This document shows positions 53,601 through 61,002 of a DNA stretch of 64,000 bases, piece by piece. Within the stretch, counting starts at the first letter, position 1, and the number at the start of each line of letters is the position of its first letter. The stretch is from Octopus bimaculoides (taxonomy: Eukaryota). The DNA lies in the NCBI RefSeq assembly GCF_001194135.2, contig NC_069005.1, forward strand, positions 20,762,855 to 20,826,854. The letters run 5' to 3'. Made by a program: the position numbers and the translations under genes. The notes under the pieces were generated by a model. That model saw only the letters and a program-made list of their open reading frames with translations, was not told the DNA's origin and did no database searches.

Positions 53601-54228
53601 TGGTCACAGTCGGGTAAAGTGGACTCGGTGTGTAAACATGTAGAGACTCTGTCATTAGGTGAGAAGAGAGGCAGTGTTGTGTTGACAGTGGTGTCAACGG
53701 TGGTGTTGGTCTTGATGTCAGCGTAAAGAAGAGGGGGGGGAGTCGTGTTCGTAGGTGGAGGATGTGGAGATAATTGAGGAGTAAAAGTGATGATGGTCTT
53801 AGTAGAGGTTCAGTGTGGTGGCTGAACAAAAGGTGTTCACGGTTGGAGGACAAGGAGATAGCACAGAGGACAGAAATGTAACGAATTAGAACAGGTGGCG
53901 GAAGGTAAGAGTGTAGGTTATGGTGGTGATATTAGTTATGGTAGTCGCTAGTGAGAAGATATAACATCATCTTTTTTTATCACTACCTTATACTAGATTT
54001 ATACACGTCGTCAGAACTTTAAATATTCTTAACACACGAAGATATACATACATATATATTACTTACATACCACGCATATTACATAGCTCTCTCGCTCTCT
54101 TTCTCTCTCTCTCTCACACACATACACTTATACATTACAAACACATCACTGAGACGTACTACACACGGTTTTTGTTGTTACATTTACGTAGATTTGTTAC
54201 AAGTTCAATCCTTACCTTCAGCAGTCAT
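5780..54228 (-). CDS. TMEM134: TMEM134 homologue, whole gene model: join(54216-54228, 35924-36405, 33774-33829, 11900-11976, 11731-11772, 7411-7464, 5780-5859), 804 nt
   Basis: All introns are GT..AG and the phases close without frameshift. The translation contains FTIDDAFE and WYKHPKIRENWKVVLGSIALTLIGSALLLAGLSVAISIKASHSVVLFIAGLICFIPGVYHVVYIYCALQGRMGFSLYNLHIFK*. This matches my recollection of human TMEM134 (FSIDDAFE; WTQHPLIQKNRRVVLAS; VPGVYHVIFIYCAVKGHRGF). An extra exon between 11977 and 33773 cannot be excluded. Confidence 0.9.
6555..6915 (-). mobile_element. Family D (GAT)n-tailed element, long form
   Basis: GGATGCCCTTCCTAATGCC core and internal ~26-bp repeats; homologous to 32082-32720. 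Confidence 0.8.
7411..7464 (-). CDS. TMEM134: TMEM134 exon (ASHSVVLFIAGLICFIPG)
   Basis: TTTCCTTCTGCAG| acceptor, GAG|GTAAGT donor, 54 nt, TM2. Confidence 0.95.
8645..8800 (-). mobile_element. SINE family A 5' half
   Basis: Reverse complement matches head of 48721-48870. Confidence 0.65.
9264..9980. mobile_element. Long-TIR non-autonomous element with GA-rich interior
   Basis: Arms 9264-9436 and 9806-9980 are reverse complements (GGGTACAGGACATCACCAACTGTGTAAACAACATGAAGTAC / GTACTTCATGTTGTTTACACAGTTGGTGATGTCCTGTACCC); flanked by TA-rich tracts. Confidence 0.8.
11292..11440. repeat. Inverted repeat hairpin, ~55-bp arms
   Basis: AAAGTAGGAAAATATCCAAGTGTC vs GACACTAGGATATTTTCCTACTTT; ~39-nt loop. 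Confidence 0.88.
11444..11597 (+). mobile_element. Family D element 3' module
   Basis: GTGGTTGGCACTAGGAAGGGCATCCAGCC…GGAAAACGGAAGTTAAA(TGA)n. Confidence 0.8.
11731..11772 (-). CDS. TMEM134: TMEM134 exon (ALLLAGLSVAISIK)
   Basis: TTTCTGTTTCAG| acceptor, AAG|GTAAGC donor, 42 nt, phase 1-1, hydrophobic. Confidence 0.92.
11900..11976 (-). CDS. TMEM134: TMEM134 exon (WYKHPKIRENWKVVLGSIALTLIGS)
   Basis: TATATTTCAG| acceptor, |GTGAGT donor, conserved HP..N..VV motif before TM1. Confidence 0.95.
12230..12450 (-). mobile_element. LINE-like 3' fragment
   Basis: Homologous to 63120-63330 (GAGCATCATAGCCATGTGTTGAGAGG shared). Confidence 0.6.
14379..14592. mobile_element. piggyBac-type MITE
   Basis: TTAA|CCTTTTAG…CTAAGGG|TTAG; internal homology to 25194-25409. 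Confidence 0.7.
14917..15660 (-). mobile_element. R4/Dong-type non-LTR 3' fragment (RLE domain) in (TAA)n
   Basis: Minus strand reads LLQKVCLLGAARIIRRVLST*, like the C-terminus at 62660-62719; (TTA)n tracts on both sides. Confidence 0.8.
15725..15990 (+). mobile_element. SINE family B with (ATT)n tail
   Basis: GTTCAAATTCTGCCGAGGTCAACTTTGCCTTTCATCC core (B-box-like), tail AGAAAGG(ATT)n. Confidence 0.85.
16497..16757. repeat. Compound microsatellite (TAA)n(AAG)n/(GAG)n
   Basis: Direct reading; produces the spurious poly-N/K/E ORF 16401-16841. Confidence 0.95.
16955..17330 (+). mobile_element. Penelope-like element, decayed GIY-YIG endonuclease
   Basis: SIIYKCSVTTGENIYCYIGACATKFKSR, then TPLSKIIYSLK…IKWFTIC…KCSLCFEEKLLIL; followed by a very AT-rich tract. 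Confidence 0.8.
17860..18350 (+). mobile_element. CR1/L2-type LINE 3' end
   Basis: FFTLRVAEVWNKLLASVVSCRSTASFKTSML…; ends in (ATT)n. Confidence 0.75.
19200..20620 (+). mobile_element. RTE-clade LINE 3' part with pyrimidine-rich trailer and family D-like end
   Basis: Decayed VVDNFSYLGD…ARVKTGWRKFRELL…LHWYGH…GRPKKTW, then CT-rich region and degenerate D core at 20490-20620. Confidence 0.8.
22416..22640 (+). mobile_element. Mariner fragment fused to unidentified tail
   Basis: HDNARPHIAKVT-coding segment; near-identical to 28217-28462. Confidence 0.7.
22985..24070. repeat. Complex (GA)n/(GT)n low-complexity tract
   Basis: Direct reading; internal duplication GAGTATGTGTATGC(G/A)TGTTTGAAAGAGAGAATGCATGAG. 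Confidence 0.9.
24455..25010 (+). mobile_element. Probable RTE-type LINE 5' UTR fragment
   Basis: Higher GC, no ORF, motifs GGATAGGTCAAAG…GGGGTCAACATCCCAACC…AAAAA as I recall from RTE 5' regions. Confidence 0.45.
25194..25409. mobile_element. piggyBac-type MITE
   Basis: TTAA TSD on both sides, TIR CCCTTTAGC / GCTAAAGGG. Confidence 0.88.
25920..26340 (-). mobile_element. RTE-like LINE 3' end with (CA)n tail
   Basis: LDAFHRCCLCFILG…NNEVMRRAG…WDAWRRLVA. Confidence 0.75.
26600..26825 (+). mobile_element. SINE family C (tRNA-like head), partial
   Basis: GTGGCTTATTGGTTAGGG A-box-like head; CACATTGCTCCAG core shared with 43897 and 59652. Confidence 0.75.
27430..28325 (+). mobile_element. Decayed mariner transposase
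   Basis: HMRHCMLHEFKRN…; RIITNDEKCVLYNH (first catalytic Asp motif); LCHDNTGLHIAKVT; stops and frameshifts. Confidence 0.85.
28500..29815 (+). mobile_element. RTE-clade LINE 3' part, CT-rich trailer, family D end
   Basis: Homologous to 19400-19950 (GKLRKTWDEMVKD); trailer ends in GGCATTAGGAAGGGCATCC…(GAT)n. Confidence 0.78.
29818..30005 (+). mobile_element. Family D element, well-preserved copy
   Basis: GGAGTGGTTGGTGTTAGGAAGGGCATCCAGCTGTAGAAAC…GACGTTAAACGAC(GAT)n. Confidence 0.85.
30430..31310 (-). mobile_element. RTE-clade LINE RT fragment
   Basis: Minus strand PWELLYADDIVL at ~30960-30997; DSFCYLGDVIS…GRRKFRE downstream. Confidence 0.85.
31545..32030 (-). mobile_element. SINE family A, near full length
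   Basis: Reverse complement of 48721-49182 with internal (CA)n and AAAGAGT tail. Confidence 0.85.
32082..32720 (-). mobile_element. Family D long form interrupted by SINE B
   Basis: D sequence continues on both sides of 32193-32417. Confidence 0.8.
32193..32417 (-). mobile_element. SINE family B with 15-bp TSD
   Basis: TTTGGCATAGTTTCT duplicated at 32178-32192 and 32418-32432; head GGCGGCGAGCTGGCAGAAACG. Confidence 0.9.
33177..33291 (-). mobile_element. tRNA-derived SINE head (not a tRNA gene)
   Basis: A box TGGCTCAGTGG, B-box-like GGTTTCGATTC, no acceptor-stem pairing; runs into non-tRNA sequence and a gap. Confidence 0.75.
33774..33829 (-). CDS. TMEM134: TMEM134 exon (TDEASASLIIKATSKKSP), phase 0-2
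   Basis: TTTGTTTCTCTTCAG| acceptor, CAG|GTAAGT donor, 56 nt, in frame with both neighbours. Confidence 0.82.
33860..34400. repeat. Complex (GGT)n/(GAT)n microsatellite
   Basis: Direct reading; source of poly-T/P/H/V ORFs. Confidence 0.95.
34985..35190 (-). mobile_element. SINE family B
   Basis: GGCAGAATTTGAACTTAGA core; GGCACAAGGCCAGC tail variant. Confidence 0.8.
35924..36405 (-). CDS. TMEM134: TMEM134 large N-terminal exon (…MASSSFTIDDAFESDDDEKIRVYG…VATPQE)
   Basis: Acceptor TTCTTCTCAG|, donor GAG|GTCAGT, open frame, FTIDDAFE motif; internal ATG at 36298. Confidence 0.9.
36627..37531 (+). mobile_element. Internally deleted mariner with both TIRs
   Basis: TA|CGAGGGGCTACCCAAAAG … CTTTTGGGTACTCCCTTG|TA; QVYKWFSCFRNG…, KFVPCLLT, ITGEESWCYG. 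Confidence 0.9.
37603..38055. mobile_element. Mariner fragment with internal inversion
   Basis: + strand MTEKVKQRICIKFCQKLG; from ~37880 the - strand reads ITKDLGVRRVSAKFVPRLFSAEQK. Confidence 0.8.
38060..38729 (+). mobile_element. hAT (Charlie/SPIN, GTF2IRD2-like) transposase C-terminus plus right TIR
   Basis: FQDFKK…PF…QLELIAMQSD…MFSIFGS..ICEQ.F; end GTCTACCCCTG (reverse complement CAGGGGT). Confidence 0.82.
39148..39455 (+). mobile_element. SINE family A
   Basis: GTGACTGTGTGGTAAGAAGCTTGCTTCCCAACC head. Confidence 0.8.
39470..40325 (+). mobile_element. CT-rich trailer plus family D end (probable RTE 3' UTR)
   Basis: Same layout as 29050-29815; includes a 24-bp repeat x3 at ~39595-39668. 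Confidence 0.55.
40406..40975. mobile_element. Two SINE A copies tail-to-tail (40406-40754 +, 40755-40975 -)
   Basis: Palindromic junction AAAAGAATAAAAGAATA|TATTCTTTTATTCTTTT. Confidence 0.88.
41805..41983. mobile_element. Tc1-type MITE nested in SINE A (41719-42060)
   Basis: TA|CAGGGTGTCCACAA … TTGTGGACACCCTG|TA; SINE sequence resumes after it. Confidence 0.88.
42193..42384. mobile_element. pogo/Tigger-type MITE
   Basis: TA|CAGTAATCCCTC … GAGGGATTACTG|TA. Confidence 0.88.
42913..43045. repeat. Near-perfect hairpin, 59-bp arms, 15-nt loop
   Basis: 56/59 positions complementary by hand alignment. Confidence 0.92.
43897..44232 (+). mobile_element. SINE family C, full length
   Basis: TGGCTCAGTGGTTAGAG A box, GAGTTCAATTCC B box; collinear with 59652-59985. 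Confidence 0.88.
48721..49182 (+). mobile_element. SINE family A, best-preserved copy
   Basis: tRNA-like head (GTGGCTGTGTGGTAAG; GGTTCAGTCCC), central (TA)n, tail (AAAGAGT)n; preceded by a truncated copy at ~48565-48710. Confidence 0.9.
49625..49850 (-). mobile_element. Non-LTR RT fragment
   Basis: HAASYADDKML…LQTHLNHLEA…LKVSPS. Confidence 0.75.
50426..50870 (+). mobile_element. SINE family A
   Basis: Collinear with 48721-49182. Confidence 0.85.
51631..51874. mobile_element. hAT (Charlie-type) MITE with 8-bp TSD
   Basis: GTCTAGAG|CAGGGGTTTTCAAACT … AGTTTGAAAACCCCTG|GTCTAGAG. Confidence 0.93.
52040..52260 (+). mobile_element. SINE family B (second copy at 52805-53020)
   Basis: GTTCTGAGTTCAAATTCC…GACTTTGCC core. 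Confidence 0.82.
54216..54228 (-). CDS. TMEM134: TMEM134 putative first coding exon (MTAE|V); exon may extend to acceptor at 54467
   Basis: ATG ACT GCT GAA G|GTAAGG donor. Phase 1 joins the TT of the 36405 exon and keeps its 35-codon open extension in frame. CpG-richer surroundings. No homology support for these residues. Confidence 0.55.
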
Positions 54229-54556
54229 TGGGGCGGGGGATGTTCTCTCGCCTCGCTTTTTATATATTTCACAGAGACATAAACACTTGTTGTCATTGTT
54301 GTCGACGGTGCTATATTTATATATTTATACTGACATTACATTTATGTTGTTATATTTACGTTGAAGTTGTTATTGCTATTATTACAGATGTGTCATGTGT
54401 TTGATCTCTGGAACATTAATGCACCATTGATGTGTTAGACAGGTTACTGTTGTTATTACTGCTGCTGCTGAGGTAGACAGAAAGACAAGATATGGAAAAT
54501 GATGAATGCATGTGCGTGCGCGCGTGCTTACACACAGACATACATATATGTACGTA

Positions 54557-54646
<90 letters not shown>

Positions 54647-55744
54647 CAGATAGATAGACTGGCTGATAGCTAACAAGCTAGACAGACAGACAGATGAATA
54701 GGACAGACAGAAAGACAGATAGAGTCAGAGAGATAGATGGACAGACAGATGAAAAGGACAGACAGAAAGATAGATAAAGAGAGATAGATGGATAGACAGA
54801 CAGATAGACGGATAAACAGCCAGGTAGATGGACAGAGACAGTCAAGATAGATATATAGGTGAACAGATATATAGATAGGTAAATAGATAAACAAACAGAC
54901 CGACAGACAAGAGAGGCAGATGAGATAATTTTTGATGCTGCTTTTCTTGCAGTTGTAGTAATTGTCAGTTAATATTCCATGTGAAGTAGTTTCGATTCTC
55001 TCACGGAACACCGTTTAAAATGATTCCACGGTGGATGGAAGTTGTTGTAAGATGGTGTTGTTTGTTATTATCGTTATAATAAACCTGATGGTTTAGCCAT
55101 TGTCTGTCTCCATTCTAAGATATCCTTCCGTAAGGTTCTTCGGTGACAGTTGCCGAAAGAAACCGTCTGTCTTTCTGAATAAGAAAATACACACCAACAA
55201 ATGGTGTTCGTATTTAGTGGGATGGAGAAAAAGAGAGATAGAGATGAAGAAAGGTAGATAGACAGAGAAAGACCAAGTTGAATGAGGTATATATAATTAT
55301 ACACATACACACTCACAGTCAGAGTGGAAAAGATGTGGATAGAAAGGTAGATGTACAAATAGAGTTTGAATGAAATACAGAGAGATACAGAATGACAGGT
55401 ATGGAAAGATAAAGATAAATAGAATGGGTGTATGAGAGAGGCAGATTGATGTATAATAAAGCCTGACGAAGTCAGATTAATTGGAGAGAATGGGAGGGAC
55501 TGAAAGTGGGAGTTCGAGTGGAAGAGACAGGTGATAGAAAAGGTTGAAATAGAGAGAAGGAGTAAGAAAGGAGAGACAGACAGAAAAGAAGAAGAAGAGT
55601 AACAGTAGTAGGATATGACCACAACGTGGGCGGAGGGAGAGTCAGGGGAGTGGGAGAAAACGAGGGTCAGGAGAGAGAGGGAAAGGGAGAGCGAACAAGA
55701 AAGTGCGGGTTTGTGAGCATTTTAGAGTGAGAGAGGGGATGAGA

Positions 55745-55788
<44 letters not shown>

Positions 55789-56839
55789 AGAAACGACGTC
55801 AATATTGTGGGCGGAAGAAAAAAGGGAGATAGGAATACAGTGTGTTTTGGGCGAAAGAGAGAGAGTGAGTATTGGAGTGAAAGGAGAAAAGAAGAGAAAG
55901 AAATAACAAAGACTAGTAGTAGGTAGAGGAGGGGAGGGATAGTTAATGTGTAACAGCGGAGGGAAGAGGAAAGTGAAAGAGAGAAGAATGACAAAGAGTT
56001 GCGACAGCAGGAAACACTGTTAGTATAAGCGTAGGTGGGAGAAGGGAAAAAGAGAAGGAGAAGGATAGATCAGAGGGTGGAAGTACAACCGCCGAGGGAG
56101 GCGGGAAAGAATGTGGGTGGTGAGAAAGAAGCGTTAGGAGGAGAAATATTACCTGATAGAAAAAACAGAAAGCATAAAGCGAGGGGGAGAGAATTAAAAA
56201 GACTAAAAATAGGCTTGAGTAGGAGGATTGTCGAAAATGAAACTAGAATGAATGAAAAAAGAGAGAGAGATAATAGAATTGAGATCGAGGAAAGAGGGTG
56301 ATTTATTTTCAGGTCTAAGATAGAGAGAAAGAGACAAAGAAATGGATAGGGGAAGACAGAAGGAAGAAGGCTAGGTGGATGAAGAGGATAATAGCGTATC
56401 AAGATAGGGAAAACAAAACAGAGAGGAAGAAAGAACAGGAGAAAGAAAGAAGAAAAGGAAGGAGGAATAGTGTCTGACAAAATTGAAGAAATTAAAAGAA
56501 CGAATGACAAAAGCTAAGATGGAGAAAAGGAAAGAAGAGGTCTGAGAGAAAGAGAGAGAAATTAGGACAGAATGCGAGAAATAAATTGAGAAAAAGACAG
56601 AGAGAAAATTTGTGAATTTACTACTGTAAGAAGGATGAAAAAGAAAGAAGAGGTGAAGCAAAACAAGCGGAGAGGGGGTGAAAGGATGCGATGGTAAGAG
56701 TGAGTAGCACTAGTAGAGAGATAGATAATTAGAAGCATTGTGAGTGGGAGACAGGTTAAGTAAGGAAGAGTCGAAAGAGAAAGAAAGGGAGGAAAAAGAA
56801 GTGGGAGGAAAATAGACGGAAACGTAGAGAGTGGGTGGT

Positions 56840-56930
56840 TTGAGAGATGACGTAACTAATTGGATAAAGTTGGTTGCTGGTTGCTATTAGCAACCACTGA
56901 GTAAGTCTGCGCATTGTAAATCGATTGGTT
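56840..56930. promoter_or_regulatory. Candidate core promoter region
   Basis: CRE-like TGACGTAA (56848), ATTGG twice (CCAAT on -), local CpG enrichment, GGGCGG boxes near 55630 and 55810. Confidence 0.35.
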
Positions 56931-57139
56931 TAGTCTGGCTGTCGCAGAATTATTTTTTCTTTTATTTGTGTCTTGTTTTCTTTTCTGCGTTTTGGTTGAT
57001 TAATTTGAAATATTTTAATTTAGCATTATCAAGGGAGGCGACTCGAAGACATACAATGTTAATGTTATTACCAAAGTATAAGTACGACGAGCGTTGTGAA
57101 TGAGTAAAGAAGATGTACAGAGTAAATGTATCTAGTCAC

Positions 57140-58560
57140 AGTGGGATTTGGCTTCATGCAAGGTGAAGTGAAGTGGAGTGCTCATCAACAGCTTGGAATA
57201 AGGATCACAATGATGGGTGAGCGGGATTTGATGAGCTGCAAAGAAAGTGAAACCGATCAGTTTGAAGTTGTCAATAAGTACCTCGTAGATCTAATATCAC
57301 ACTATAACTTAATGCATAGTCAGAATTCTGTATATATTTTATCAATATTTCAATAAACTTTATCATTTAAAAGTATGGCAGTTTATTCACAAGATATTTG
57401 TCTGTCTGACTCATTATTTACCTATCTGTCTGCTGTTTAACTATATTCCAACCAAACACATTTGTAACAAAGGAAGGCTTCTTTACATATTAGAAAATAA
57501 TTTGTCACATTGATAGGGAAGGTGTTCATACTATACAATAAATGGAAACATTCAAATGAAATAACATGACACACACAGAAAATCTTTGTTCGAAACTCAA
57601 CATTTGAGCAAATTTTTACATATTCAGGCATCGTGGTGTGTTTCTTCAATCATTCCTGGTTGAATATACAGCTGTAAAAACAGCTATTAGGAGAGTGTAC
57701 ACTAAACTCAGCTCAAGACACTGAATTTTTGGCACTCAATTTGGCTGTATTTGTAGGCCTCACTCATGGAAGTTTCTAGTCAGACTACCAAACTATCCTG
57801 TGAACAACAGCCGTTTGTTGGATAAAATCGTGGTTGTGCATATGATCGAATTGTGATTTCTATGTGGCAAAACGCTTGACTGAATCCAATTCTATACACA
57901 CATCAGCTCTCTGGACACCAATATGCTCAGAAAAATACAGAAGAAAAAGGACATCCATAGACCATTGATCAGGAGTTTGCAAATCTGGTACCTAAGATGT
58001 GCCTTCAGTTTCATGCCTATCATTATCGGAGCAACAGGACATACACCAACCAGTCTGGAGCAAAATATGGCTGAATTTGGGTTCTTGGGAAGAGAAAACA
58101 ACCTAATTATTACATGACAAATGTAATAATTAATTAATTATGGCTGAATTTGGGTTCTTGGGAAGAGAAAACAACCTAATTATTACATGACAAATGTAAT
58201 AATTAATTATGGCTGAATTTAGGTTCTTGGGAAGAGAAAACAACCTAATTATTACATGACAAATGTAATAATTAATTAATTATGGCTGAATGTGGGTTCT
58301 TGGGAAGAGAAAACAACCTAATTATTACATGACAAATGTANNNNNNNNNNTAATAATTAATTAATTATGGCTGAATGTGGGTTCTTGGGAAGAGAAAACA
58401 ACCTAATTATTACATGACAAATGTAATAATTAATTAATTATGGCTGAATTTGGGTTCTTGGGAAGAGAACACAGCTTAATTATTACATGACAAATGATCC
58501 CAATATCTGGAAGAGTAAAAATCTGCAAGACCTTCTTGAAATTTAAAGGGTTGTCACAAT
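57140..58560 (+). mobile_element. Decayed RLE-type non-LTR retrotransposon 3' part
   Basis: PIIIGATGHTPTSLEQNMAEFGF before the array and IPISGRVKICKTFLKF after it. Confidence 0.65.
58066..58496. repeat. 69-73-bp tandem array, >=6 units, gap inside
   Basis: Units start at 58066, 58139, 58208, 58281, 58366, 58439. Confidence 0.95.
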
Positions 58561-58734
58561 TGTGTGTGGCTGAATGTATGCAGCAACACCTTGTGAACAA
58601 TTAATAAACAGCTTGACTGCTCCAATGCCTTAGCCTCACCATTGAGGTAATGCTGTGAGCATGTTGCTTTGCCTTAGTAGGTTTTGTTAAACCTTGTGGT
58701 GTACAACCAATTGAAGCACATTGTGTTGAATTAA

Positions 58735-58955
58735 CTCTTTCGTTACCAACCAGGCTGAAACTGGCTCTGGCTCTGTAGTACAAATGTCTTGTTTTCATAA
58801 GTTCTAAGTTAAAATCTTCCACCAAGCCTTAGTCACAATTTAAGTTCTTAACACTAGCTTCATGATAACTGAGTTATTTTACTAAATTCTTTGTTATATT
58901 TAAAGTAATTGAAAGAAACATGGAGCATCTCAAAATAAATACAGTAACAAAAGGG
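58735..58955. mobile_element. piggyBac-type MITE, second family
   Basis: TTAA|CTCTTTCGTTAC … GTAACAAAAGGG; right TSD lost. Confidence 0.65.
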
Positions 58956-58974
58956 CTCTCTGAACACCAACAGC

Positions 58975-59235
58975 CTCAGGCTGACTAAAGCCTTGTGAAT
59001 GAATTTGGTAGACAGAAACTGAAAGAAGCCCATATGTGTGTCTGTGTTTGTCCCCCACTATTGCTTGATAATCGATGTTGTCCCCATAACTTAGCTGTTC
59101 AGCAAAAGAGACTGATAGAATAAGTGCTAGGCTTACAAAGAATAAGTCCTGGGGTCGATTTCTTTGACTAAAAAACCCTTTAAGGCGGTGTTCCTGTATG
59201 GCCACAGTCAAATGAATGAAATAAGTAGGAGAATA
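58975..59235 (+). mobile_element. SINE family A 3' part
   Basis: GATAGAATAAGTGCTAGGCTTACAAAGAATAAGTCCTGGGGTCGAT. Confidence 0.8.
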
Positions 59236-59295
59236 AAAGAATATATAACACGTTATGTATATGATACATATATAATAAAAAAAAACACATTAAAA

Positions 59296-59600
59296 TACAA
59301 AGGATCCTCCGACTTTAATGCCCTTGCAATAGTACTTCAGCCACTTCATGAAGGACCCATGGAAGTCCACCAGAGTGAAGGTGTCCAGGACCCTTTCTAT
59401 AGCCTCCTTCATCTTCTCAATGTCTTCAAAACAACTGCCCCTGAAGTTCTCCTTCAGCTTGGGGAACAAGCAAAAGTGGAAGAGAGCAAGGTCTGGACTA
59501 TATGAAAGACGAGGAACAGTTTTGATGCTCATTTCTGTAAAGTAGTTTTTTTTACCAGGATTCTCGTCATTGAGCACTCTGGGAACAAATTTTGCACACA
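59296..59600 (-). mobile_element. Mariner transposase C-terminal fragment
   Basis: SYSPDLALFHFCLFPKLKENFRG.CFEDIE (YSPDL motif). Confidence 0.85.
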
Positions 59601-59651
59601 GTAAAACACAGTATTGATTTATAAAAAATGTTTAATATACTTTGTAGGTCC

Positions 59652-59985
59652 ATGGCTCAATAGTTAGAGTGTTAGGCTCACAATCATAAGGTAGTGAGTT
59701 TGATTCCCGGACTGGTTTGTGTCTTATGTTCTTGAGCAAGATACCTTATTTCATATTGCTCCAGTTCACTCAGCTGTAGAAGAGTGGCGATATCACTGGT
59801 GTCTAGCTGTATTGGTCTTTGCCTTACTCTTGTATAACATTGTTGGCATGGAGAGTGGGAACTGGTATGCATGGGTGACTGCTGGCCTTCCATAAACAAC
59901 CTTGCCTGGACTTGTGCCTTGGAGGGTAACTTTTTAGGAGCAATCCCATGGTCATTCATGACTGAAGGGGGATCTTTATCCTTTA
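59652..59985 (+). mobile_element. SINE family C, full length
   Basis: Collinear with 43897-44232. Confidence 0.85.
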
Positions 59986-60214
59986 CATTGATAATATTGT
60001 TATAGGCTGGAATGCCCTTGGGCATAGGTCTTCTCTATCAAGGATGACCTGGGACTAAACATACACATTAAAATTTCATACCTAAAACTTGAACATTATT
60101 ATCAAATAGGAGAGTACAAATATAAATGAAGACAAGATTTAATTATTTAATTAAATAATTGTGATATTTATTTTACACAGGAAACAGAGATGGCAATTTT
60201 AATAATAATGTTAA

Positions 60215-60252
<38 letters not shown>

Positions 60253-60253
<1 letters not shown>

Positions 60254-60962
60254 TCTTTTTAAATTTTGGCACAAGGCCAGCAACTTTTGAGAGCAAGAGG
60301 GTAGTTGATGACATCAAACCTGGTGTTCAACTGGTACATATTTTATTGAGCCTGAAAAGATGAAAGGCAAAGTGGATCTTGGTGAAATTTCTACTGAGAA
60401 TGTAAAGAGCAGGAAGAAATGTTGCTAAGCATTTCATCTGATGCACTAATGATTCTGTCAGCTTGCTGCCTAAATAATAATAATAATAATAATAATAAAT
60501 ATAATAACAATAATGGTTTCAAGTTTTGTCACAAGAGCAGCAATTTTGGGGGAGGAGATGAGGCGATTACATCGACCCCAGTTTTTAACTGGTACTTATT
60601 TTATCAACCCCCCGAAAGGATGAAAGGCAAAGTCAACCTCGGCGGAATTTGAACTCAGAGCATAGTGACGGCAAAATACCACTAAGCATTTTGTCCAGCG
60701 CGCTAATGATTCTGCCAGCTCTCTGCCTTATCAATGATAATAATAATAATTCTTTCTATTATAAGCATAAGGCCTGAAATTTCAAGGGAGTAGGTAAGCT
60801 GATTACATCAATCTCAGTGTATAACTGGTACTAATTTTATTGACCCTGAAAGGATGAAAGACAAAGCCAACCTTGGCAGAATTTGAACTCAGAATGTGAA
60901 GACAGACAAAAAGCCACTAAGCATTTCACCTGGCGTGCTAACGACTCTGCCAGCTTGCTGCT

Positions 60963-61002
<40 letters not shown>

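Noticed and set aside
57200-57262. TTGATGAG…GAAAC hammerhead-like string
   Set aside because: First core base is U rather than C, stem II is weak, no stems I/III; it lies in a decayed LINE
58066-58496. CRISPR-like array
   Set aside because: Units are wholly repeated with no unique spacers, there are no cas genes, and the context is eukaryotic
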